Shown piece by piece: positions 51,130-62,689 of a stretch of 64,000 bases of DNA. Numbering within the stretch: position 1 is the stretch's first letter; every line of letters starts with the position of its first letter. The stretch covers positions 70,609,288 to 70,673,287 of the forward strand of contig NC_068986.1 of NCBI RefSeq assembly GCF_001194135.2. The letters are read 5' to 3'. Position numbers and translations under genes: made by a program. Source of the stretch: Octopus bimaculoides (lineage: Eukaryota). The notes below the pieces were generated by a model. The model worked only from the letters and a program-made list of their open reading frames with translations. It made no database searches and was not told the DNA's origin.

Positions 51130-52910
51130 CTATCATCATCATTTAATGTCCATTTTTGCTAAATTCACTGAAATCCTTGTTGACTCACTTTACTTACTGC
51201 ATCTTGGTTTATGGCTTGTTCAACTCTTACAAGCCATTTGTCAATGCTTAGTTTCCTTAGTGACCACCAAATTACCATACATGGTATCCTGTCAAAGGCC
51301 TTCTCCAAGTCAGGAGTAATGGTTTATTCTTAGCTTGGTGTTTCTCCTGCATCATCTGGACATGAAGCAAAATTGTATTGCAACTCCCTCCATACCCTTC
51401 ATAACCTGATCCAGTCATTAGATTCTTCGATAGCTGCTTCTCTCTAAGGCATCTCCTTTGCCTTTGCAGCAGTTTACAATGATACTGCTATGCCAGTCAT
51501 TAGGTATGACTCTTTCTTGTATAACTTGATTAACTAACTGGGTGATAATCATGTCACTCTACCTCACCAGATATTTTGAGCATCTCCACAACCATCCCGG
51601 ATGGACCTGCGACTATCCTTCTAATACATCCTTGATGGTTTTATTTACCTCACTGCTGTGAACTTGAATTGCTGGTTGTTCTGCAGAGTCAGCAAGTGGT
51701 AGCCCTACTTTATCCCTATACATTCTCCACATTCAGTGGCCTCCCATAATAGCACTTCCATGTCACTCATTTTTTTCTTCTACATCCATGGCAAGTATGC
51801 CTTTATCCTTCTAAATAAACTTCCTCTCAATGACATCTTAAATCTCTATCATAAACTGTCTTGTAATCCTGACATGTGCGAACTTCCTCTTTGCCTCACC
51901 CATAGCCAAGTATACCTATCACCTAGCAACCCTTCTAGTGATTTGATAATGCTGACACCTTCCTTTCAGGCTTTCCAAGTCTGTCACATAGCCTTTACTG
52001 CCCTATCAACTGCATTATTTCACCACCATATTACTTTCAGATCCGCTGAGACTTTGCCCCAGTCACATGTCTGATTTGTAGCCCTAGGCATGCTATTTTG
52101 CAGAAGTTCCTGGTTTCCATCTATGCTACAAGGTCTTCTTTTCTATTGCCAAAATCTGTTCCCATTTACAAGACCTTTTAGTTTCCATATCTTCCTTCCC
52201 TATGTCACATTTTGTTTCTGTGTCAACCTAGCTCTGATTCTGAAGTCACTAGCCACTAATCTATGTTGTATGGTGCTTTCTTTGCCAAGAAAGGCTTTAT
52301 ATTTACAGTAACTCCTCTGTCCATTTTCTTGGTGAGAATGTAATTTATCTGATTTGTGTGTACGCCAGATTGATAGGTGATGGGGTGGTTAGCCAGTTTC
52401 CTAGTGGTGTGTGTTGCAAATTGTTAGATCAGTCGCATCACAGAACTTCAGGAGCTGTACACCCTCCTCATTTCTTGCACCATAGCCATAACCTCCATGT
52501 ATGTCATGGAAATCATTATCATATTGGCCAACATGACTACCGAAGTTGTCAGTCACAATGAAGTAACTGTCAACCAGCATTGAATTAGTCTACAAAAGGG
52601 TTTCATAGAAGCAGCCCATCTGTTCTTCTGTGCATCTTTCCTGTGAGGCATATGCAGAGATAACCATCACTTTTGAGTTGCCTTTAATTTGTCTCTTAAT
52701 TATCCTATTGCATACCCTGGCTACCTGAAATACATTTTTTTATCCTTTTCTCAGCTAACAGTATGCCTACTCTACCCCTGCTGTCGCTATTATCCACAAG
52801 AATTTATATTGCTGTTTTGTGCTTGTGAGGAGTTTGGTAAAGGATCAGTTCCACCTTACTTCTTGTACACATCACATATCCATTCATCTCTACTCTAGCA
52901 TTTTCACAAT
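51130..52910 (-). mobile_element. Decayed RTE LINE 5' half (endonuclease to RT start)
   Basis: Minus-strand remnants QEVRW, VMVISAYASQ, HGGYGYGARNEEG and WWSLRKLSIDKWLVR. Confidence 0.8.
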
Positions 52911-53263
52911 TTCACCAGACCTTGTGTACATGTGTGTGTTTGTATGTGTGTAAATATATATATGACTTTACACACTCATGTGTATTTATGAGTAATTCTA
53001 CTAAGGTAGAAAGGTGAGCATAATAAATTACATCTAGATCAATAGTATAATACAATTTTGCACCAAAAGATCTTTAAAGGAAATTTTCTTATTGCGATGA
53101 ACAGGTAAGATACAGTCAAGAATAACAGTATGCACCACATCAAAATCAGTGCTCGACTCAACTTTTGGTCTTTTTTCATGACTTAGTCTGTACCCATGAT
53201 TTTAAGAGCTTTTGTAACTGGTGGCAGGAAGGGAAGAAGTTATACTCACACCAGAAGGCTTAC

Positions 53264-53287
53264 CTGAACGCTTGCAAGAGTGGACTC
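53264..53287 (-). CDS. Candidate alternative 24-nt in-frame microexon of the SR gene
   Basis: cctttacag|GAGTCCACTCTTGCAAGCGTTCAG|gtaagc; phase 1/1, no stop; would insert GVHSCKRS. No transcript evidence available. Confidence 0.45.
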
Positions 53288-53920
53288 CTGTAAAGGTACC
53301 CAAAAGCCAAGTGGTGGTGTTAAACTTGGTGTTGGATTAAGTCTTTTACCACAAATTAGGACAGGCTTACTAATTTCCACAGTTTCTGTTGACCAAATTT
53401 CACTCACAAAGCATTGGTTGACCTGAGGTTATGGTAGAAAACACTTACTCAAGACAGTGGGACTGAACATGGAACCACACTGCCATGAAGAGAACTTCTG
53501 GACTACAGAGCCAAGCTTGCCTGAGACCATTCATGAGATACTTTCTTACTCTATAATTGAATTGTTAACAATAAGACAGGCATGCAACTTTAAATCATTT
53601 GCTCCAACAAAAAAAAAAATGTTCCAACTATGAATAGAAGAACAAAGCTATTGAAAAATAATGAACCTAAGTTATAAAAACCTGCAATTCTATGCTTGTA
53701 ACTACCAAACTGCTCACACTGGAAACCTATATTCCAATAGTGTTGAAGTAATTCCAAATACTGATGTAAAACAAGATGTAACTTTGACACATTTTACCAT
53801 GATTTAAATGCTTAGTAAAGTTGAGATCAAATAATTTTATATATTTTCATACAAGTTCATATAATCCTTTTTTGAGAAATAGAAGAAAAGAAATCATTAA
53901 ATTTTAAGAGAATTACTTAC

Positions 53921-53932
53921 CCATTTCAGCAC
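53921..53932 (-). CDS. SRSF7-like: SR splicing factor, 12-nt RRM microexon
   Basis: tttttcag|GT GCT GAA ATG G|gtaagt; strong splice sites, phase 1/1; gives (G)AEM(A) directly before YAFVDY. Confidence 0.75.
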
Positions 53933-54743
53933 CTGAAAAATAAATTTAGAAGTTTTAAATATTTGATAATTTTTGCTTTAATATTTTTATTTTAGTTATA
54001 TTTTAAGAAAAAATTGTTAGTAATAAAAATATTGAATCACAAAAAATTAAATTACATTATTACACTATCCATGAATATATTTTATATTAAAATCATAAAA
54101 TCATTAAAGCTTTTACTCCACCTGAAACAAAACAAATTCAATGTGAATAAACACTAAAATAAAGTTGCTTTAATTTCAATTCATAGAAGCCACTGAAAAG
54201 TAAATATTACACAAATGTAACAATAAACATCACTGAACGAAAGAGTGGCTCAAAATATGGATATATCTTGCCTGTCTCTCTACGACAGGTTCCTCTTCCC
54301 AGCAGCTAAGACGCTTCGCTTCACCACAGCAATATATTTAATTAATGAGCTCGACTTAATTGAACCACAAATCTTTTAAAAATTACAAAATCTTGCAATT
54401 TTACTTACACAAGCTTTTAAAATCTCATAGAAAAAAAAGAATACAAGTTATTCTTCCCAATCTGAAATAATTTTGAAATCTTAGTATCCAAAAGAACTTT
54501 TAGTCATCAGAGACTACCATTAACCATTTACTATTCAGGTTACTGCTAAATGTAATACTTATTTATTCACATTGTTTTGAAGTAATCATACTTTGAGATT
54601 TCAATGATGTGACTGTTTTATTTTTACAATGACATTGTAGAGTAGGTGTGAGGAGTCAGATCTGGCAAGTAAAAACATAAAACAGGTACAATATTTGGGC
54701 TGACAGAATCATCATCACCTGCTGATGGCTATTATCTATGACA

Positions 54744-55671
54744 GATCTTTTCCCTTTGAACAGCAGATCGAGAAATTAATTTTCAAACTTCGGACACTGG
54801 TAGAATGTGTCATATAAAACATCTTTTACTCTTAGTGTTTTTTTTTTTCTATAGTTTCAGCTCAGAGCTGCAGCCATGCTGATGCTGGCTATGCTGATGC
54901 TGGAGTTTATATTTTCAAAGTTATTTCGTGTTTAAGTAGTAGTATTTTGGTAATTTCAACCAATCAATGACGTGTATTCAGCTGAATAAAATTACTGCTG
55001 TTGTTTATCAGCAGTATATATTTCGTTTGTCACTGTTATTTATGACATCGTTTGTGTGTTTGTACTGGTTTTAGCTATGGGGGGTTAGTGTTGTTTTAGG
55101 GTTAGGGTTTTAGGGTTAGGGTTTTAGGGTTATGGTTTTAGAGTTAAGGTTAGGGTGAAGGTTTTAGGGTTACGGTTAGGGTTGGGGTTTTAGGGTTAGG
55201 ATTGGGATTTTAGGATTAGAGTTATGGAAAAAAGTGAAAAATGAAGAAATTGGAGGAGGAGAGGGGGCAAAAAAGTCTTTACGAAAATAGTAGCTGAAAA
55301 ACAGGAAAAAATAACTAAAAAACTAAGTAGAAATGCATGAACGATTGTGGTGGTGCCATGAAGTAAACATGCTTCAGATACACTCATTTATTCATACAAA
55401 CGTAACAGAGATGAAATATATCATAAATAACAGTGACAAACAAAATATACACCGCCGGAAGTTGTTGTTGACAAACAACAGCAGTAATTTTATTCAGCTG
55501 AATACACATCATTAATTACCAAAATACAACTTTAACACAAAATAACTTTGAAAATACAAACTTTTCTAGTAAAAGATGTTTTATATGACACATTCTACCA
55601 GTGTCCGAAGTTTGAAAGTGTTTAGTTACAAAAAATTAATTTCTCAATCTGCCATTCAAAGGGTAAAGATC
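54744..55671. mobile_element. Foldback/MITE-like element with long inverted arms and a telomere-like core
   Basis: 54781-54830 is the exact reverse complement of 55568-55617 (50 bp); imperfect homology extends over about 54744-55050 versus 55420-55671. Confidence 0.85.
55084..55215 (+). repeat. Interstitial TTAGGG / TTTTAGGG repeat tract
   Basis: TTTTAGGGTTAGGGTTTTAGGGTTAGGGTTTTAGGG..., degenerating toward the 3' end. Confidence 0.9.
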
Positions 55672-56089
55672 CTATAAGACTTATATATCAGAATATCAGA
55701 AAACTAAACTATTTGACAAAAGAGATGACCAAGCTTTTCTAAAAGCAAATAAACTGACATCAGCTGACATAAATCAATCAACCTTTCAAAACAAAATGCT
55801 ATCACACCAAATAAACTTCAAAGGTGAGTGAGGAAAGAGAAAGTCACAATTCTCAAATTATCTCAAAATGAGGAAATACATGTTAAAAGATCATCAAAAT
55901 GACATGCATCATAATGCAATTGTAGAAATGGTCTAGAAATAATACACTGACAAACTAAGACCTTGCCATAACATCTTTCAGCTGAAATTCAACAGCACAA
56001 CACAGAATACACATACTTACATATCTACAAGACGATTGACTATAAATCAAATAATCAATACTATACGCATATCCCATAAGAAAGCTGAG

Positions 56090-56838
56090 AATATTCAGCA
56101 CAATGAATTTGGCATGACAAAGGTTTCTGCTCAGTGAGTGCCATGTCTTCCGACACCTGATCAAAAGCACACCAGGCTGATCACATCACAGGAAGACCTG
56201 ACATTGTTTCAGGCAGATCCAGCTGGTTTCCTTGAATGTTTCTTAACACACAGGATAATTGTTGATTATCTTTGAACCAGAGACAAAGAGACAATCCATG
56301 CAATGGAAACATTCCCTCCTCACCTGTTCCAAAGAAGGCCAATATTGTTTCATCTGCAGGGAAGGTTGATGGGCCTCAATTTTTTGGGATGCAAGCGGCA
56401 TTGTATTTACTGATTACCTTCAGTAAACATTGATAGTGTAGAAGGGCTACAATGGGGAGTACTATACCAACTTGCTGAGACAGTTACAAAAGGAAATCAA
56501 AACCAACTGCCCAGGAAAACTGACAAAAGGTGTCTTGTTTCATCAGAACAATGCTCTAGCACACAAGCCCTTCGTTTCAATAGCAGTTGTGTGAGACTGA
56601 CTTTGAACTGGTTGGTCACCCTCCTGATGTGGCCTCATCTGACTATCATTTGTTCCCCAACGTGAAAAAACACTTGGCTTGGAACCAACAGGATGAAAGC
56701 TTCTTCACCAATGGAATCCAAGCAAAACTGATAGAAGTATGTGGACTGCAAGAGAGACTACATTGAAAAGTAAACCTCATTTAGTCACATTCCATGAGAG
56801 TATTTTGATCAAGCTATGAACTTTTTAGCCAACCCTCA
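56090..56838 (+). mobile_element. Decayed mariner, irritans-like
   Basis: TKVSAQ*VP, EPETKRQSMQWKH, FWDASGIVFTDYL, KGVLFHQNNALAH, SDYHLFPNVKKHL; right end ...AACCCTCA|TA. Confidence 0.88.
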
Positions 56839-58809
56839 TATCATTTGTAATCTAAAATATTTCAGGAACAAGAAACAAAAAAAAAGAGTATAACAAACAA
56901 AAAGAAGAAAAGTATTTTTAGCATGGATGTTGCATGTTTAAATAGTAAACTGACTAAAACTGTTAAGACAGCAATTAAAATGCTAATTAAATCTTGTGGT
57001 CCTGCACCACAGATAACAACAGCTATTGCTGAATCCAGAACCACATGTAACCATATTTCAGTGTTGTTGTTTGGGGCCAAAAGACAAACTAAGCTATCTT
57101 GTGTGTGTGAAACAAAGTTTAGCATCACTGTTATGATGATTTAAATAGCTGATGTGGTATTGATTAATTTGTGGTATTCTACTCACTTGAATAGCATTAT
57201 TTTTCCCTATTATTAAGGCAACGAGCTGGCAAAATTCTTAGCACACCAGACAAAATACTTAGAGGCATTCCTTCTGGTTTTATGCTTTGAGTTCAAATTT
57301 CACCAATGTCGAATTTGCCTTCCATGCTTTCGGGGTTGATAGTACCAGTTGAGCACTGAGGATCTGTGTAATTGACTAGCCAATAAAATTTTGCATATGT
57401 AATGCTTTACCAATATTGTAGTCAGACTTGACTATGTGTATGAACTAAGTGTACAGTCTGTTAGCATCATTATGGATATATATACAAATACAAATGAAAT
57501 ATATCTATGTGTTTTTGTCAACAAGTATGTGTCACTGGTGTTCTTTAACTCAGTCATCTGTTAATAGCTATATTCGTTATGCAATGCTTCATGTGTGTAT
57601 AAAGTTTGGCCTGTGTTTGAGATTGGATAAATGTATTCTCTGTGTGTATATTTTTGTGTTGGCAGTAGTATCTGTTTGGAGTGTACATGTCTGTGTGACA
57701 CTAAGTTTATATCAAAAGTTCACTGGATGCTTTAAACTTTATAGTGACACATTTGGGGTCATTTGTCTGCCCTAATTACTATAATTCAGTAGCAGATTGA
57801 CTGTTCCTGGTTTTCTCACTAATTGTATCTGTATAATGTTATCGCTGTATCCTATCTACAATATATCTCTACACCCAAGCACCAACAAGCCTTTGGTTTT
57901 ATTTTATTTCGTCTTTTATTTCATTTTTTTTTTAATATTTTATTCGTTATCATTTGATTGAAACCTTTTTTTAGAGGAACATCATTTTCCTTATCTTGTA
58001 CTTGCATTTTTATTTTTAACTTTGTTCTGTTCTTGATTTCTGCATTTTTAAAATTCATCTTTTATCTTTAAATCATTTGTCATTCGACAGCAGCCATGCT
58101 GGAGCACTGCATTGAAGGGTTTGGTAAAGCAAATCAACTCCAGTACTTAAATTTTTTTGTTTTTTTTTTCAAGTTTGGAACTTATTCTATCAGTTTTTTC
58201 TGCTATGTAACAGGGACATAAACAAACCAACACTGGTTATCAAGCAGCAGTGTGGGACAAATAAAAATACAAAGACACATGCGTGTGTGTGTGTGATAGG
58301 TTTCTTTCAGTTTCCATCTTCAAAATCTACTCACAAGGCTTTGGTCAGCCCAGGGCTATAGTAGCAGATACTTACCAAAGGTAACCCCCAGTGGGACTGA
58401 ATCCAGGATCACATGGTTGGTAAGCAAGCTTCTCAACCATACAGCCATGCTTGTATTGCTTTAATTTTTGGATTTTTAGCTCTAATCACTCCAACTATTC
58501 TTATGCTTTATAAATTATTTATATTTGTATCTTTACTTACACATTGATTCTAGGGTGTATAAGGGCAATATATTCAACCTGGTAATTATATTTGGAAATC
58601 TTCACTTTTTCTCATGTTATAGCCTATATTCAAATATATACTTGTTTTATACACCTAAGTGTATAATATAGGAATACAGGAGTTTAATATAGTTTAAATA
58701 TTGAACCATAATCCATACAGTAGCTTGCCATGCACTACAGCACATCATAAAGTGTGTGTGTGAATATGCATATAATACACATATTATTATTATTAAAAAG
58801 AAATCATTA

Positions 58810-59792
58810 TTATTACCTCTGCCTTAGCGAAGGCAGAGGTATTGTTTTCAGTCATGTTTGTTTGTTTGTCCATGGACAGAACCACTGGATGGACTTGAAT
58901 GAAACTTTCAGGGATGTTTGGCCTTGTGACTGGCATGAACTGATTAGATTTGAGGATTGATCTGGTACCTGACAAGGATTCTGGATTATTTGTTATATTT
59001 ACTTTACATGAAGTATTACGATCTTACATTGACTTTCCATGTAAGTTATGGCAGTGATGCTGTTTCCAAAGTTTTATTTTTGCTTCTCTATTATTAATTT
59101 TACTCGCGTCTCTATCTTAGTAGAAACTGATGGATAAAGAAATCAAACTACATAAACAAACGGCAGCAAAACCGTTCAGAAATTAAATAACACTAACATA
59201 TTCAGTGACAATAATAAATTTATCCTCAACAATTTTTAGTTTTACCAATTTTGATTACATCGCTCCTGTTCAAAACCTCTTACCTACTTGACAATTGCAT
59301 TTCTAGCTCTGCCTTGAAGGAAGCTTTACTTCTTGGTTTCAAGTTTTTGTGTGCAATGATGTTGTTAAAACTCCCTTAACAGCACCGTATGCAGGTCCTT
59401 TCCATTTTCTTTCATGCACAGATAAATTTTTTACTATAGACCTTTAAGGTCGTAAAGACACTATATCAGTGAATAGACTAAAAAAGGCCTTCATAGAGAA
59501 AATTGTCCCTGTTCCCACTGCAGACAACACACACACACACAGAGAATTACAAACACAGCCCACACACTCACCTTCACATTCCATGACTACCATTGGGATC
59601 GATCAGGTACTGGACAAGGATTCTGGATTATTTTTGTTTTTTTGAGAGCGGTTGGGTTCATTTTTAGTATTCTTGTTTGTGAGAGCAGTCGAGTTTATTC
59701 CAGATATTCTTATTTTAAAAATCATCTCCAGCTAATCGTTGAGAGGATGGTGGTGCTGCCTTGGCAGGTTTACACTCTCTGAGTGCTCTTGT
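58810..59792 (+). mobile_element. Split Helentron-type element with a foreign insert
   Basis: 5' part 58810-58991 and 3' part 59595-59792 match 39036-39400; about 600 bp of unrelated DNA lies between them. Confidence 0.7.
59340..59525 (+). mobile_element. Ty3/Gypsy integrase C-terminal (GPY/F) fragment
   Basis: One frame, one stop: QVFVCNDVVKTPLTAPYAGPFHFLSCTDKFFTIDL*GRKDTISVNRLKKAFIE. Confidence 0.8.
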
Positions 59793-60089
59793 TATTATTA
59801 TCATTATTATTATTATTATTATATAAAGGCAGCAAGTTGGCAGAATCGTTAGCACGCTGGTTGAAATGCTTAGCGGTATTTCGCCCGTTACTATGTTCTG
59901 AGTTCAAATTCCACCGATGTTGACTGTGCCTTGCATCCTTTCGGGATCAATTAAATAAGTACCAGTCATGCACTGGGGTCGATGTAATCAATCCCCTTCT
60001 CCCAAGCTGCTTTTGTGGCAAAACTTTGAAATTATTATTATACATAATATTATAATCTCATGACAGCCAGTGAATGTTACCAAATGGTT

Positions 60090-61335
60090 TGTTTTATACT
60101 AGAACCCTTCCAGCAATAGAGAGATAAAATTAACAATCATTGGACATGACTGAATGGAAAAGTATGGCTTGGGCTATTTGCTATTGGAGACCTTAAAACA
60201 CATCCAGTTCTTGGATCTCAGAGTTGTACAAATTCCAAACAAAAAACATGGTTGAAAGAATACAGCCAAAACAGAAAACACAAAAGACAATGTTGAGTGT
60301 GTGACCATTTGCTCATTTTGAAAATGATAAGGCCTGGTGTGGATCAAAGCTAGTTGAGAGGAATTTCTTACTAACTATATCAAGAATAAAAAGGCCTTAT
60401 GGTCACATACATCAGCATTGTCAAACACTCCTATCACTACACAGAAGAAGCTGTCTGGGTGAGTCCACTTTACCCAGATCAAACCCTTGTCAAATAGTTT
60501 TCCTGATGTGCATGATGATGTCAATACCATTGTCACAAATTTTAGTACAACTCCTAGCAAAGTTGAGTGCACTATATAAAAAATTGAGAGGGGATAAATG
60601 GTCACACATTCTATAAGCTCAGGAAGGGATTAACTTATGCCCTTAATTCCCTTGGGGTCAAGTCACAACAGAGACCAACTTGAAAATACTTGATTGCCTA
60701 GACTCAAACACAAGTGCCTATAAACTTTTCCAGTAACCAAATGAGAAGCTGACGTATATTAACACAGATTCTTGCCATCCAGCCATGTGAGCACATGAAT
60801 TTCTAACTTATCTTCAAATAAGGAAACCTTTAATGCCACAGCCCTATATTATAACAAGGCTGCTAGTGATTTCAAAGAAGGATAGATTATATATCCAACC
60901 ATAACCCCACCAAAAGAAAACACTACTATAAGGTCACATGGTTTTCACCTCCATTTTCTCTTAATGTTAAAACTTGTCTTGGTAGGATTTTCCTTAATCT
61001 AGTAAAAAAACATTTTCGACAGACACAGAGGTACACGAAAATTTTTAATAGGCATATTTTGAGGTCTTTTAGATGCACAACTAGCATAAAGAAAATTTTA
61101 GTAAATAGATGCAAACAGTGCTGAGGCAAGCTTCTCATGTAGAGATAATGCCACATGCCTGCTAAATAGTCAATGCAGTACAGAAACAATCATTTATGAG
61201 GTGGAAATAATCTCAAATGATCCCAATGGGGCAACAAATGTGTAGAAACATGTTGGTGCTGTGAACAGCCTCTCAAGATCAGACTCAACAACCCAAGTCC
61301 TCATTTAATATCCAGGGGAGATGTAATGTCACAAG
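60090..61335 (+). mobile_element. Penelope-like element (Neptune-type) remnant, second copy
   Basis: PNEKLTYINTDSCHP, VTWFSPPFSLNVKTCLGRIFLNLVKKHF, SCRDNATCLLNSQC...IIYEVE and KSSFN of the GIY-YIG region. Confidence 0.8.
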
Positions 61336-61339
61336 ATTA

Positions 61340-61835
61340 GCAAGATATAGAGTACCTTATCTTCATTGGACACTAAACTCCGCTTGCAAAAACTTTTTGA
61401 GGCAAGTGAAATTGAAATTGAACTAAATTCGACGACTGGCACCCATGCCAACATCGTCTCCTTCATTGGACACGAAACTCAGCTTGCGAAGACTTATTGA
61501 GGCAAGAGAAAGCGAAATCGGGATGGAATCTGTGCCCGTGACATGTGTAAGGATTTTCGAGCGAGATCGTTACCAGTGCCCCTGGACTGGCTCTTGTGCG
61601 GGTGGCACATAAAATACACTATTTTGAGCGTGGCCGTTGCCAGTACCACCTGACTGGCCTTTGTGCGGGTGACATGTAAAAGTACCCACTAGACTCTCTG
61701 AGTGGTTGGCGTTAGGAAGGGCATCCAGCTGTAGAAACTCTGCCAAATCAGATTGGAGCCTGGTGTCCTCAGTCAAATCGTCCAACCCATGCTAGCATGG
61801 AAAGCGGACGTTAAACGATGATGATGATGATGATA
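61340..61835 (+). mobile_element. RTE 3' UTR-derived insertion with (GAT)n tail
   Basis: Ends GCATGGAAAGCGGACGTTAAACGATGATGATGATGATGAT; truncates the Penelope-like remnant. Confidence 0.85.
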
Positions 61836-62689
61836 GATGGATACTGAAAGAAAATGCTGCATAATATAACATGAAGTAGAGACTGCTAGAAAAAGGCAGG
61901 CTTTACCTCAACAGCAATAAGAGAAGCAGATTTTGTTAGGTATTATCTCCCTCTAGCTACACAACAAAGCTCTTTAGTTGTAATCATTGTTACTAGGTAA
62001 ATGTAAATTTTTGTTAAATATTTACCTTGTTATAGCTGCTATGTAAATAAGTATCTACATATAACTTGCATTATATAAAAATTCACTACAATGACTGTTA
62101 CCAAAACACAGAAGTACTTGTGTAAATACAAAAACAAATAAAAAATGCGACAATCCAGTTATGCTGGAGTTTCACTGAATGATTGAATGAAATGAGTGAT
62201 TGACTGATAAGACTTGATAGACATCCACTGGGTGGATAAATAGACAAGTGGGTGGATATATTTGACAGACAGATAATCTAAGAGTTAATATTTATTGTTT
62301 ATACTAAATGTATAAATATTTAGCCCTTGATCAGACAAGATCAAGTGGATACATGATCAAAAATTTTTTAATCATGATCATCTCATTTTTTGGGGGTGGG
62401 TGGGGGAGACAATATTTCAAATACTACATTGAGCGTTTACACTTGGATATTTGAACACATGCAAGCAAACATTTACATAACCCTTTCAACAACCCACTCA
62501 CTTTTCCTATCAAGTATAAAACTTCCAGAGCTGCCAAAATCAATGTAGGTATAATGGAAGGTAGGTCTGGAGTGATTGTTAAATGCTGGAGCTGAGACAT
62601 GTAGACACCATATGGGTAAAGGTATAAATTTTTCTGGGTAGGCAGTATGTTAGTGGAGTAAGCATACTACTAACAGAGAAACTGCTAAA

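Noticed and set aside
55084-55215. True chromosome end or telomere fusion
   Set aside because: The tract is short, degenerate, single-orientation and enclosed by inverted arms inside an intron.
59280-59350. Minus-strand donor (TAG|gtaaga) as the missing first RRM exon
   Set aside because: The translation has no RNP2-like motif, and the region belongs to the Gypsy fragment on the other strand.
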